A stretch of 64,000 nucleotides of DNA from Bacteroidaceae bacterium. Its GTDB lineage: Bacteria > Bacillota > Clostridia > Lachnospirales > Lachnospiraceae. This document shows, one piece after another, positions 37,557 through 46,134 of the stretch (within the stretch, counting starts at the first letter, position 1; every line of letters begins with the position of its first letter). Made by a program: the position numbers and the translations under genes. A model generated the notes under the pieces. It was not told the DNA's origin. It saw only the letters and a list, made by a program, of their open reading frames with translations, and searched no databases. The stretch spans positions 1,482 through 65,481 of the forward strand of contig CAVFXN010000003.1 of NCBI GenBank assembly GCA_963626755.1, given 5' to 3'.

Positions 37557-38939
37557 CTAATTCCTTCTTCTTGTATTTCGGCTTTCTGCCGCCATCTCTA
37601 CGAAATGTTCTGCTACCTCCCGGCAGTTATGAAAAAAGAAATGGGGGTAGCCGGCCATTACCTTGTCTTTTACATAGAGGCCTTTCCAGGTTTTCCCGGA
37701 ATACTTTCGGATTTCGCAGCTGTCCCCTCTTTCTCTGGCTCGGGAATAATGGAACTCATGGGCACGGATTTTTTGGCCCTGATCAAAGAAAGCCGTTTTT
37801 TTCAAGGCCTCTAACGTCACATACCCAAACTCCATCGACAAACGCTTGGTCATCTGTATATCTGTCGGGATCAGCCCCAGCATTTCCCTGGCACTGCCGT
37901 CCGTTTCGATGAGATTCCGGCAGGCATACATAAATCCGCCGCATTCTGCAATCAGTGGGCTCCCAGCCTTTACGGCCCGGCATATAGCCTCTTTCATCGG
38001 CCTGTTTTCCTCCAGTTCTTTTTGGTAGGTTTCCGGATAGCCGCCGCCAAGATAAATCCCATCGGTATCTTCCGGCAGGATCCTGTCCTTCACCGGACTG
38101 AAAAAGGAAAGTTCTGCCCCGCATTGCTCGAGTATTTCCAGATTTTCTTTATAATAAAAACAAAAAGCCTTATCATAGGCCACTGCAATTTTCGCCCGTT
38201 TTTTTTCCGGGATGGCCGGGCCGGAAACGACCGCTAACGGCTCTGCTTTTTGCCCCAGTTCCAGCAGCAGATCCAGGTCAATTCCTTCTTTTACGGTTTC
38301 TCCAAGCTGCGCAATGATCTCATCCAGGTTTTCGATCTCGGCAGCCGTCATCAGCCCCAGATGCCTGCTTCCGATGGATACGCCTTCTTTTTCCGGCACA
38401 TATCCTGCGACATGAATTCCCAGCTTTTCTTCGATTTCCGGCTTAACCAGCTGGTAAAGCCCCTTACTGCAGCGGTTTAAAATAACCGCCACCACCGGAT
38501 TATCCCGGTACGAGATCATCCCCTGAATCAGGGGGATCATCGTGTGGGCCATGCCTTTGACATTAAAAATCAGGACGGTTGGGGTTTTCGTCTCCCGGGA
38601 AACGGTCCACGTGCTTTTCTCGCATTGGATCCCTATGCCATCATAGTATCCCATCACACCCTCCATGACAGAAAAATCTGCCTTGGGGCTGTCTTTTCCT
38701 ACCAGATACCGGAGTTCTTCCCCCGTGGAAAAAAACGGGTCCAGGTTGCGGCAGTCTGTTTTTGTAATATAGCTGTGCAGCATCGGGTCAATGTAATCCG
38801 GCCCGCATTTATATGGCTGGATACGGATGCCCCGGTCGCTTAGTGCTTTTAAAATCCCGCAGGTGATGCTGGTCTTCCCACATCCGCTATTGGCTCCTGC
38901 CAGCAAAATCCGAGGCATGGTTGCCTTTCGTCCTTCCAT
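37557..38939 (-). CDS. cbiA: Cobyrinate a,c-diamide synthase
   Basis: SGCGKT, KCGPDYIDP, EGVMG, SRHLGL, AECGG and HEFHYS motifs. Confidence 0.95.
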   Translation of the reverse strand: MEGRKATMPRILLAGANSGCGKTSITCGILKALSDRGIRIQPYKCGPDYIDPMLHSYITKTDCRNLDPFFSTGEELRYLVGKDSPKADFSVMEGVMGYYDGIGIQCEKSTWTVSRETKTPTVLIFNVKGMAHTMIPLIQGMISYRDNPVVAVILNRCSKGLYQLVKPEIEEKLGIHVAGYVPEKEGVSIGSRHLGLMTAAEIENLDEIIAQLGETVKEGIDLDLLLELGQKAEPLAVVSGPAIPEKKRAKIAVAYDKAFCFYYKENLEILEQCGAELSFFSPVKDRILPEDTDGIYLGGGYPETYQKELEENRPMKEAICRAVKAGSPLIAECGGFMYACRNLIETDGSAREMLGLIPTDIQMTKRLSMEFGYVTLEALKKTAFFDQGQKIRAHEFHYSRARERGDSCEIRKYSGKTWKGLYVKDKVMAGYPHFFFHNCREVAEHFVEMAAESRNTRRRN

Positions 38940-38946
38940 TGTCCCA

Positions 38947-39684
38947 TCACCTCCCTTTTTCCGGCCGCTCGATCAAAAGCATTGGAATTCCGGCCGCGCG
39001 GCAGGCTTCCACTTTGACGTCCACACCACCCACTTTTCCGCTGTCTTTGGATACCAGAATCCGGGCGTTTGTCTTTTGGATCAGTTCCAGATTCTGTTCC
39101 AGGGAAAAAGGCGGCATCTCCCCAAAAACATGGCCTTTGGGATATCCGGCTTTCTGGCAGCTTTCCAGGGAGGAGGCATTGTCCAGCACCCGGATATACA
39201 GGCGATGCCCGGCATCCTTTACTTTCCTCATATAATCAGCTGCCGTGTTGGCTCCCGTGGTAAGAAGTACATTTCCTTCTCTTTCGTTTAAACATGCGAT
39301 CGCTTCCTCCACATTTTTGACACGGATGATGCCTTCATATTCATAACTATTCGCTGTTCTCTCATGAAGCTCATAGGGAATTCCCGCGGTATCTGCCGCC
39401 TGTTTCACCGTTTCTGATACAATCCTTGCAAACGGGTGGGAGACATCGATGATTTTTTTGCAGGGATGCTTTTGCATCAGATCAAGGAAACCTTCATAAT
39501 CCAGCCTGCCCACATGGATGTCGATCTCATATTGTTCGAGCATTTCCCGTCCAAGTTCTGTCGCCGTACACGCAAGAATCGTTTGCTTTTTCCGGAGAAG
39601 CTCTTCAATGAGTTCCCTGGACTCGGTCGTCCCTGCAATCACCATTGCATCATATGCCCATTCCATTTTCTGCTTTTTCACCAC
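38947..39684 (-). CDS. cbiJ: Cobalt-precorrin-6A reductase
   Basis: AGTTE, IDVSHPFA, LTTG, SKDSG and IERP motifs. Confidence 0.92.
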   Translation of the reverse strand: MVKKQKMEWAYDAMVIAGTTESRELIEELLRKKQTILACTATELGREMLEQYEIDIHVGRLDYEGFLDLMQKHPCKKIIDVSHPFARIVSETVKQAADTAGIPYELHERTANSYEYEGIIRVKNVEEAIACLNEREGNVLLTTGANTAADYMRKVKDAGHRLYIRVLDNASSLESCQKAGYPKGHVFGEMPPFSLEQNLELIQKTNARILVSKDSGKVGGVDVKVEACRAAGIPMLLIERPEKGR

Positions 39685-40376
39685 ATTTCTTTTTTTATGA
39701 TCATTGTTGTAAAATATCCGTATTCTCTGTCCGGGAGGAGTGGTCCTACATATTCCCCATCCATTCCGACGTTGCTGATAATGACAGCATTCTCTTCCAT
39801 CTGTTTTTTCCGGAGAATTTCATACACTTCCTTGACCTGATTCCCCACCTTCATGATCACCAGATTGTCAAAAACATCCAATGCCTTTTCTACCTGATCG
39901 ATGCCTTTTAAAGAAGGAATGACACCAAACCCTTCGTTTCCTTCTACAATCGAAATGCCTGCCTTGCTGGCACCTGCACAAAACGACGGGATCCCTGAGA
40001 CCATTTCCACATCATAGCCCTGTTTTTGGAGATTTTTATGCACGTAGGAATACGTGCTGTAAATTCCGATATCTCCCAGTGCGAGCATGGCGATGGACTT
40101 TCCCTCATCTAAAATCTTCTTCAGTTCTTCCGAAGCCGCCTGTCTGCAGGCTTCCCTCTTTTCCTTATCCTTTGCCATCGTAAATACGATCTCCCGGATC
40201 TTGTCTTCCGGAATGGCTACGCTGCCCCGAGCAATCGTTAATGCCACACTTTCTTCTCCGGCTTTTTTTACCGGGACTGCCACGATGTCACATTCCTCAA
40301 TCAGCCTTTTTGCCTTCAGGGTCAACAGTTCCGGATTGCCCGGTCCCACTCCGATGCCGTATAATTTCCCTTTCAT
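39678..40376 (-). CDS. cbiL: Cobalt-precorrin-2 C20-methyltransferase
   Basis: YGIGVGPGNPELLTLKA, LGD..IYST and IMKV motifs. Confidence 0.92.
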   Translation of the reverse strand: MKGKLYGIGVGPGNPELLTLKAKRLIEECDIVAVPVKKAGEESVALTIARGSVAIPEDKIREIVFTMAKDKEKREACRQAASEELKKILDEGKSIAMLALGDIGIYSTYSYVHKNLQKQGYDVEMVSGIPSFCAGASKAGISIVEGNEGFGVIPSLKGIDQVEKALDVFDNLVIMKVGNQVKEVYEILRKKQMEENAVIISNVGMDGEYVGPLLPDREYGYFTTMIIKKEMW

Positions 40377-40379
40377 ATA

Positions 40380-41162
40380 TTAAATCTCCTCTGCCTTGTT
40401 TAAATGCTTTACAAACATGTCCGCAATAGCGTCGATCTCGCCTAATCCTTTTAAAATCACTTTGGTTTCAAATCCTTCTGCCTTCAGAATCGAATCCCAG
40501 GAATCCGCCTCTGCCCCGGCCAGATCATTTCTCGCATGGTCTCCCGCGACAATCATCAATGGCATGATATAGACTTTTTTAATGTTTCTTCTGCGCAGAC
40601 GGCGAATAACATAATCGAGACTCGGGAAGCCTTCTACGGTGCCTACATAGGTGCTCTCATATCCCAGGTCCCGGAGCATGTTTTCAAACTGACAGTAGGC
40701 ACTGTTGGCGTAATGCTCCGTCCCGTGTCCCATAAAGACAAAGGCTTCCTGCTCTTGTAACGGAGCCGTCAGCTCTTTCATCACGATCTCACAGGCTTCT
40801 TTGTAATCTTCCTCTTCCGTAAGAAGCGGTTTTCCCACTTTGATTTCCGGAATCTGTTCTTTGTATTTTGCCAGCATTTTCATCATTTTTTCGTATTCAT
40901 ATCCATTAATGATATGGGTCGGCTGACACAGTACTTCTTCATAACCGTCTTCTGCCAGCTGCTGCATGATCTCATCCGGATTATGTATCACAATATTTTT
41001 CGTCCGAGCTAACTTACGGATAATCATTCCGGAGGTAAATGCCCGATAAAAATCATAGTCTGGAAATGCCTTTTTGCATGTTTCTTCAATATTGATAATG
41101 GCCGGGATAGCTTCCTTAAAGCTTGTCCCGAAACTGATCACTACTAATGCCTTTTTTCCCAT
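40380..41162 (-). CDS. cbiK: Sirohydrochlorin cobaltochelatase
   Basis: SFGTS, AFTS, MGHGT and AGDHARND motifs. Confidence 0.95.
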   Translation of the reverse strand: MGKKALVVISFGTSFKEAIPAIINIEETCKKAFPDYDFYRAFTSGMIIRKLARTKNIVIHNPDEIMQQLAEDGYEEVLCQPTHIINGYEYEKMMKMLAKYKEQIPEIKVGKPLLTEEEDYKEACEIVMKELTAPLQEQEAFVFMGHGTEHYANSAYCQFENMLRDLGYESTYVGTVEGFPSLDYVIRRLRRRNIKKVYIMPLMIVAGDHARNDLAGAEADSWDSILKAEGFETKVILKGLGEIDAIADMFVKHLNKAEEI

Positions 41163-41178
41163 GTTCTCCTCCCAGTTT

Positions 41179-42438
41179 CTAAATTTCCCGTGTTTTTTCC
41201 GGATCCATTTCCGCAGTAAAAATCATCACCGGGTTATTTGTATCCATGATGTGATATTTGCCGATTTTCCTTCCTCTTCCTATGGTAGCCTGGATGACAT
41301 CAAAATCCGGGTCATATTTTCCAAAGAATTCGTTTGCTTCGGCAATCGTTTCGATCGTGACCGCCGACAGTACCACTTTGATTTTTTTATGGAATCCCGC
41401 AATGATTTTCAGGATCTCCCCAAGCTCTCCCCCGCTTCCGCCGATAAAGACCTTATCTGGCTGCGGCAAAAGGGGAATCTGTTCCACCGCATCTCCTTCA
41501 TAAAGAAACAGGTTGTCCGTCCCAAATTTTTCTTTGTTTTTCCGGATCAGCTCTACTGCCGGTTTACTGCGCTCAATGCTGTGTACCTGCCCGAACGGGG
41601 CCTGTCTGGCACACTCGATGGAGATGGAACCGGTTCCGGCTCCCACATCCCACACGATATCATCCGGATGCAGCTTCATTTTATGGAGGATCAATACCCG
41701 GATTTCCTCCTTGGTCATCGGAGTACGGTCCCGCTCAAAGTCCTCATCCGACAAAAAGCAGGGACGCTGGATCTTTTTCGGAGATGGATTTTTGATCATG
41801 GCAACACAAAGCGAAGGAAATTCTTTTTGTGCCATCTCTTCCGGGCTGCCAGACACCAGCCGTTCCTCCGGATAGGAAAGATCCGAAGCCGCAAAGACCG
41901 TGACGTCTGTTTGCCCGTATTCCAACATAATTTTCGAAAGCCAGTCCGGCCCCTGCTCCTTGCTGCAAAGGAAAAAGACCGATGGGTTTTCTGCCACCCG
42001 AAGGGCGATCGATCCCGGAGTCTGCTTTCTGCCATGAACGCTGACGATGCAGGCGTCCTCCATCGTCTCCCCGAAAGCTGCCCCGAGCATCTGCAGTGAG
42101 CCGATTCCCGGCAAAATCTTCATTTCCCAGTCCTTACTGCACGGATGGTTACAGATGGTGCGGTACAAACTGTACATCAGCGGATCCCCGCTGACTGCCA
42201 GCACCACATCCTTTTCCTCCGACAGGAGACGGCCGATCTGTTCCAATGTGTCCTCCACCTTCCCCATTGCCTGAAAAACAGGAGGATTCCCAGGCAGGGT
42301 GTCGGCCAGGGATTCCAATGTAGGGAGAATCCTTCCTGCCGCAATCACACAATGTGCCTCTTTTATTGTTTCTGCAACGGCCGGGATGATATATCCGGCA
42401 TCGCCCGGACCTATTCCGGCTATGGTTAATTTACTCAT
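41179..42438 (-). CDS. cbiET: Fused CbiE/CbiT methyltransferase-decarboxylase
   Basis: GIGPG, SGDP and SVHGR (CbiE); PMTKEEIR, WDVGAGTGS and FIGGSGG (CbiT). Confidence 0.92.
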   Translation of the reverse strand: MSKLTIAGIGPGDAGYIIPAVAETIKEAHCVIAAGRILPTLESLADTLPGNPPVFQAMGKVEDTLEQIGRLLSEEKDVVLAVSGDPLMYSLYRTICNHPCSKDWEMKILPGIGSLQMLGAAFGETMEDACIVSVHGRKQTPGSIALRVAENPSVFFLCSKEQGPDWLSKIMLEYGQTDVTVFAASDLSYPEERLVSGSPEEMAQKEFPSLCVAMIKNPSPKKIQRPCFLSDEDFERDRTPMTKEEIRVLILHKMKLHPDDIVWDVGAGTGSISIECARQAPFGQVHSIERSKPAVELIRKNKEKFGTDNLFLYEGDAVEQIPLLPQPDKVFIGGSGGELGEILKIIAGFHKKIKVVLSAVTIETIAEANEFFGKYDPDFDVIQATIGRGRKIGKYHIMDTNNPVMIFTAEMDPEKTREI

Positions 42439-42468
42439 AATTCCCTCCGAATGGTATGCCAGCCAATT

Positions 42469-43545
42469 CTACTTCTTACAGGCAGCGAGTACGGTGTCCA
42501 CATTCCGGCTCTTCGCCAAAACCTCATTGTTCCCATCAAGGAAAATAATTCCTACCCGCGCTTCCTGACGGGCCGTTTTTTCACAATACTCGGAAGCTTT
42601 CTGTGCCATGTCTGCCCAGATATCCATGAGATGTTCCTCTTTGATAATCTCCATCGCCGCCTTGGTCGTCAGGCAGTCATAAAGTTTCTGTATGACCGGA
42701 CGGGGTGCCCCATGAAGGGCGGCATGGGTACAGATCGTCTCGATCCGCCCGTTCGCCACATGGCTGTGGGTGTTCATCGTCCCCGAAGCCACTTTGACAA
42801 GCTTTCCGACAAACCCACCGATCAAAATATCGGTAAATCCCTGCTCTACCGCCTCTTCGATCATGAATCCAATATAATTGCTTACCTGCAGGATACAGGA
42901 AAATTCCCCGTAGATTTCCCGGAGTGCCTTTTCTCCTGTGCCCCCAAGGACAAAGAGAATGGAATGGTGTCCCTGTTTTGCATACATGGACAGTTCCAAA
43001 AGAAGGGAATCCTTGATCGCTTCCTCACTCATCGGGCGGACAATTCCTGTCGTGCCGAGAATGGAGAGTCCTCCCTGGATACCCAGGCGCGGATTAAATG
43101 TTTTTTTCGCCAGCTCCTCTCCGCCTGGAATACTTACGGTGACCCGGGCTTTCCTGGCACCAATGATTTCCCGGAGTGCCTTCACTGTCATCTGCCGGGG
43201 CACCGGATTGATCGCCGGCTGTCCTGTAGGTATTTTCAATCCTTCTTGGGTAACGGTTCCGATTCCCTCCCCGCCGACAAAAGAAATTTCCCCCTCTTCG
43301 TCGGAGAATTCCACCCGGGTTACCACCCGGCTTTGATCCGTGACATCCGGGTCATCCCCTGCGTCTTTGATGACAGTACAGGTGCCAAATTCCCCCGGTA
43401 TAATATCCAGGTAACATATCTTTCCAATGGGTGTCTCCACCTTCACCACAGACGGGCAGGTTCCCGTCATCTGCCAGAGGGCAGAAGCCGCTGCCCCACC
43501 AGTCATGCAAGTGCCGGTGGATACCCCTTCTCTTAACTTTTTCAT
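42469..43545 (-). CDS. cbiD: Cobalt-precorrin-5B C1-methyltransferase
   Basis: GVSTGTC, KDAGDDPDVT and TFNPRLGIQGGLSILGTTG motifs; start moved to ATG 43545. Confidence 0.95.
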   Translation of the reverse strand: MKKLREGVSTGTCMTGGAAASALWQMTGTCPSVVKVETPIGKICYLDIIPGEFGTCTVIKDAGDDPDVTDQSRVVTRVEFSDEEGEISFVGGEGIGTVTQEGLKIPTGQPAINPVPRQMTVKALREIIGARKARVTVSIPGGEELAKKTFNPRLGIQGGLSILGTTGIVRPMSEEAIKDSLLLELSMYAKQGHHSILFVLGGTGEKALREIYGEFSCILQVSNYIGFMIEEAVEQGFTDILIGGFVGKLVKVASGTMNTHSHVANGRIETICTHAALHGAPRPVIQKLYDCLTTKAAMEIIKEEHLMDIWADMAQKASEYCEKTARQEARVGIIFLDGNNEVLAKSRNVDTVLAACKK

Positions 43546-43546
43546 C

Positions 43547-44173
43547 TTAACATTGATACAGCATGGCATTGCAGATCGCTGCCGCGATATTGCTCCCGCC
43601 TTTCCGGCCTTTTGGAACAATATACGGGATGCCTGCCTCCATGATCAGTTCTTTGGATTCTACGACATTGACAAATCCGACCGGTGCACCGATGATCAAT
43701 GCCGGTTTTACCTTTCCTTCTTTGATCAGCTCATACAGACGGATAAGTGCCGTCGGCGCATTTCCCACCGCAAAGATCAGTTTCTCCGGAAGGGCTGCCC
43801 CTTTTTCCATACAGATCGCCGCCCGGGTGCAACCCCGTTTTTTTGCCTCTTCGATCACACTCTCGTCTGACATAAAACAATGTGCCTCCCCACCGAAAGC
43901 GGCCAGCTTCTTTTTATTGATCCCGGACCAGGCCATCCTGGTATCCGTTACAATATGTGCCCCGTTTTTCAGTGCCTCTATTCCGATTTTCGCTGCATTT
44001 TCTGAAAAACAGAGATTATCCGCATAATCAAAATCCGCGGAGGTATGGATGCATCGTTTCACAATGGAAAATTCCGGTTCCGGCCAGGTTCTTCCCTGAA
44101 GCTCACTGGTGATAATCTCCATACTCCGATTCTCAATTTCTTTCGGCACTACAATCTGGATTTTATCTAACAT
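43547..44173 (-). CDS. cbiC: Cobalt-precorrin-8 methylmutase
   Basis: IENRSMEII, RCIHTSAD, GNAPTAL, PVGFV and GRKGGS motifs. Confidence 0.95.
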   Translation of the reverse strand: MLDKIQIVVPKEIENRSMEIITSELQGRTWPEPEFSIVKRCIHTSADFDYADNLCFSENAAKIGIEALKNGAHIVTDTRMAWSGINKKKLAAFGGEAHCFMSDESVIEEAKKRGCTRAAICMEKGAALPEKLIFAVGNAPTALIRLYELIKEGKVKPALIIGAPVGFVNVVESKELIMEAGIPYIVPKGRKGGSNIAAAICNAMLYQC

Positions 44174-44242
44174 TTCTCCTTGCCCCCTTCGTTTTCGTTA
44201 TTTCTTTTCATTCTTTCTGTCGTTTTCCTGATGTCGTTCTTT

Positions 44243-45307
44243 CTATTTTTCATTGAGTTCTTCATATGTGCCAAAATTCGTCTGCTCAAAGCTTGGAAGT
44301 TCCCAATAGCTTGTAAAGGCATAATCCGCAATCGTAAAGCCCATCACTGCGCCAGTTCCTTCTCCCAGACACATATCCGCAAGAATGTACGGCCTCATCT
44401 GGAGTGCATCTAACACCATTCTGCCCGCCGGTTCTTTCGAACAGTGGGAAGGGAAGAGATACGGTGCGCAGGCCGGTGCCAGACGGACGGCGATCAATGC
44501 GGCCACCGAGGAAATAAACCCGTCAATAAAGACTGGGATATGGTTGGCTGCCCCTCCGATGTAGCATCCTGCCATCCCCGCAATATCCAGACCGCCTATT
44601 TTTGAAAGCACATCGAGCGGATCGCTTGGATCCGGCTTATTGCATGCGATACTCTGTTTGATGATCTCGATTTTATGCTCTAAGTCCTTCTGTGTCAATC
44701 CTGCCCCTTTGCCCGTCACGTCTTCTACGCTCTGGTCGAGAAGTACCGCGCACACCGCACTGCTCGTCGTGGTGTTGCCGATTCCCATCTCGCCGGTCGC
44801 CAGGAGATTATATCCTTTTTCTTTCAAATCCGAAGTCATGGCAATCCCCGCTTCTATGGCTCTGATTGCTTCCTCCCGGGACATGGCCGGGCCTTTTGCC
44901 ATATTGTCGGTACCGTATTTGATTTTCCTGCGGATCACTTTCTCATTTTCACTGTCTGTGGCCATCCCGATATCGACCGGATACACATCGGCACCGCTCA
45001 TGGCGGACATGATACAGATCGAAGCATTGTGCTTTGTCATGTTTTCGGTTACCGTTTTCGTCACTTCCTGGCCGGTCTGGGTCACGCCTTCTGCCACCAC
45101 ACCGTTATCTGCTGCCATGACAATGACGGCTTTCTTTTGTAAATGGGGATTTTTCTCCCGGTAGATTCCCGCAAACCGTGTGACCATCTCTTCCAATCTT
45201 CCCAGACTGTGCAGCGGCTTACCCAGTGTGTTCCATCTCCTGCGGGTATACTCCATCGCTTCTTCATCCAATGGCTGTATCTTTTGAATGGTTTCTTCGA
45301 GTGTCAT
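44243..45307 (-). CDS. cobT: Nicotinate-nucleotide-lower-base phosphoribosyltransferase
   Basis: KPLHSLGRLE, AADNGV, GEMGIGNTT and LGEGTG motifs. Confidence 0.95.
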   Translation of the reverse strand: MTLEETIQKIQPLDEEAMEYTRRRWNTLGKPLHSLGRLEEMVTRFAGIYREKNPHLQKKAVIVMAADNGVVAEGVTQTGQEVTKTVTENMTKHNASICIMSAMSGADVYPVDIGMATDSENEKVIRRKIKYGTDNMAKGPAMSREEAIRAIEAGIAMTSDLKEKGYNLLATGEMGIGNTTTSSAVCAVLLDQSVEDVTGKGAGLTQKDLEHKIEIIKQSIACNKPDPSDPLDVLSKIGGLDIAGMAGCYIGGAANHIPVFIDGFISSVAALIAVRLAPACAPYLFPSHCSKEPAGRMVLDALQMRPYILADMCLGEGTGAVMGFTIADYAFTSYWELPSFEQTNFGTYEELNEK

Positions 45308-45339
45308 AATATCATCCTTCCTTTCTTATCTTACCAATG

Positions 45340-46134
45340 TTATCCGAACAAATGGAGTGCAGAGAACAGGCTAAGCGGTTCCATTCCTGCATACTTTGTC
45401 AAAATGAGAACGATGATCAGCAGCAGCACCTCCGAAAGCTCGCTGCCTGCCCCCATCACATCTCCGGTAATCCCGCCGATTTTTCCGGTGATATACCGCC
45501 GGAAAAGATAAGCAAAAAGAAACAGGACTGCATAAATCAAAATTCCCCAATACGAAAATGCCAGTATCATGGCAATCATACCGAAAAGAACCGTCCCGAT
45601 CACCGTGCCGAGGCTTATGGTACCGACATAGATGCCAATTCCTTTTTCCCTTGGATAAATGGCTTTATAAACGATGGCACCCTGCACCATTTTCCCGGCA
45701 ATCGGCATGAGCAGGATCATCAGCCATTTCATATCACTGTAATAAATCCCGGCAAATTTCAAAGCCAGGTCAAAGCACATGGCGATCGCACCGTTCGTTC
45801 CAATGCGGCTGTCTTTCATGATCTCCAGCATCCGCTCCCTTTTTCTTGCAGAATAGATTCCGTCTGCCGTATCAGATAATCCATCCAGATGGAAAGCTCC
45901 GGTGACACACAGATTCGTCAATATAGCAAATAAAATGCCAAACACCTCCGGCAAGATGCATGTGACCAGGAGATAGACTACCATATCGCAAAGGCCAATG
46001 ATCAGTCCCACCACCGGATAATATAAGAATCCCTTGTGCATATCTTCATCTTTCACTTCCCCCAGATCGACATTGACCGGTATCCTGGTCATAAATCCCA
46101 GAGTCAGCAAGAAACGTTTTAACTGCGTTTTCAT
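45340..46134 (-). CDS. cobS: Cobalamin synthase
   Basis: FMTRIP, TGAFHLDGLSDTADG, IMKDSRIG and GGITGD motifs. Confidence 0.96.
   Translation of the reverse strand: MKTQLKRFLLTLGFMTRIPVNVDLGEVKDEDMHKGFLYYPVVGLIIGLCDMVVYLLVTCILPEVFGILFAILTNLCVTGAFHLDGLSDTADGIYSARKRERMLEIMKDSRIGTNGAIAMCFDLALKFAGIYYSDMKWLMILLMPIAGKMVQGAIVYKAIYPREKGIGIYVGTISLGTVIGTVLFGMIAMILAFSYWGILIYAVLFLFAYLFRRYITGKIGGITGDVMGAGSELSEVLLLIIVLILTKYAGMEPLSLFSALHLFG

Noticed and set aside
41074..43536. Long plus-strand ORFs of 341 aa and 361 aa
   Set aside because: Antisense shadows of cbiET and cbiD with no recognisable motifs.
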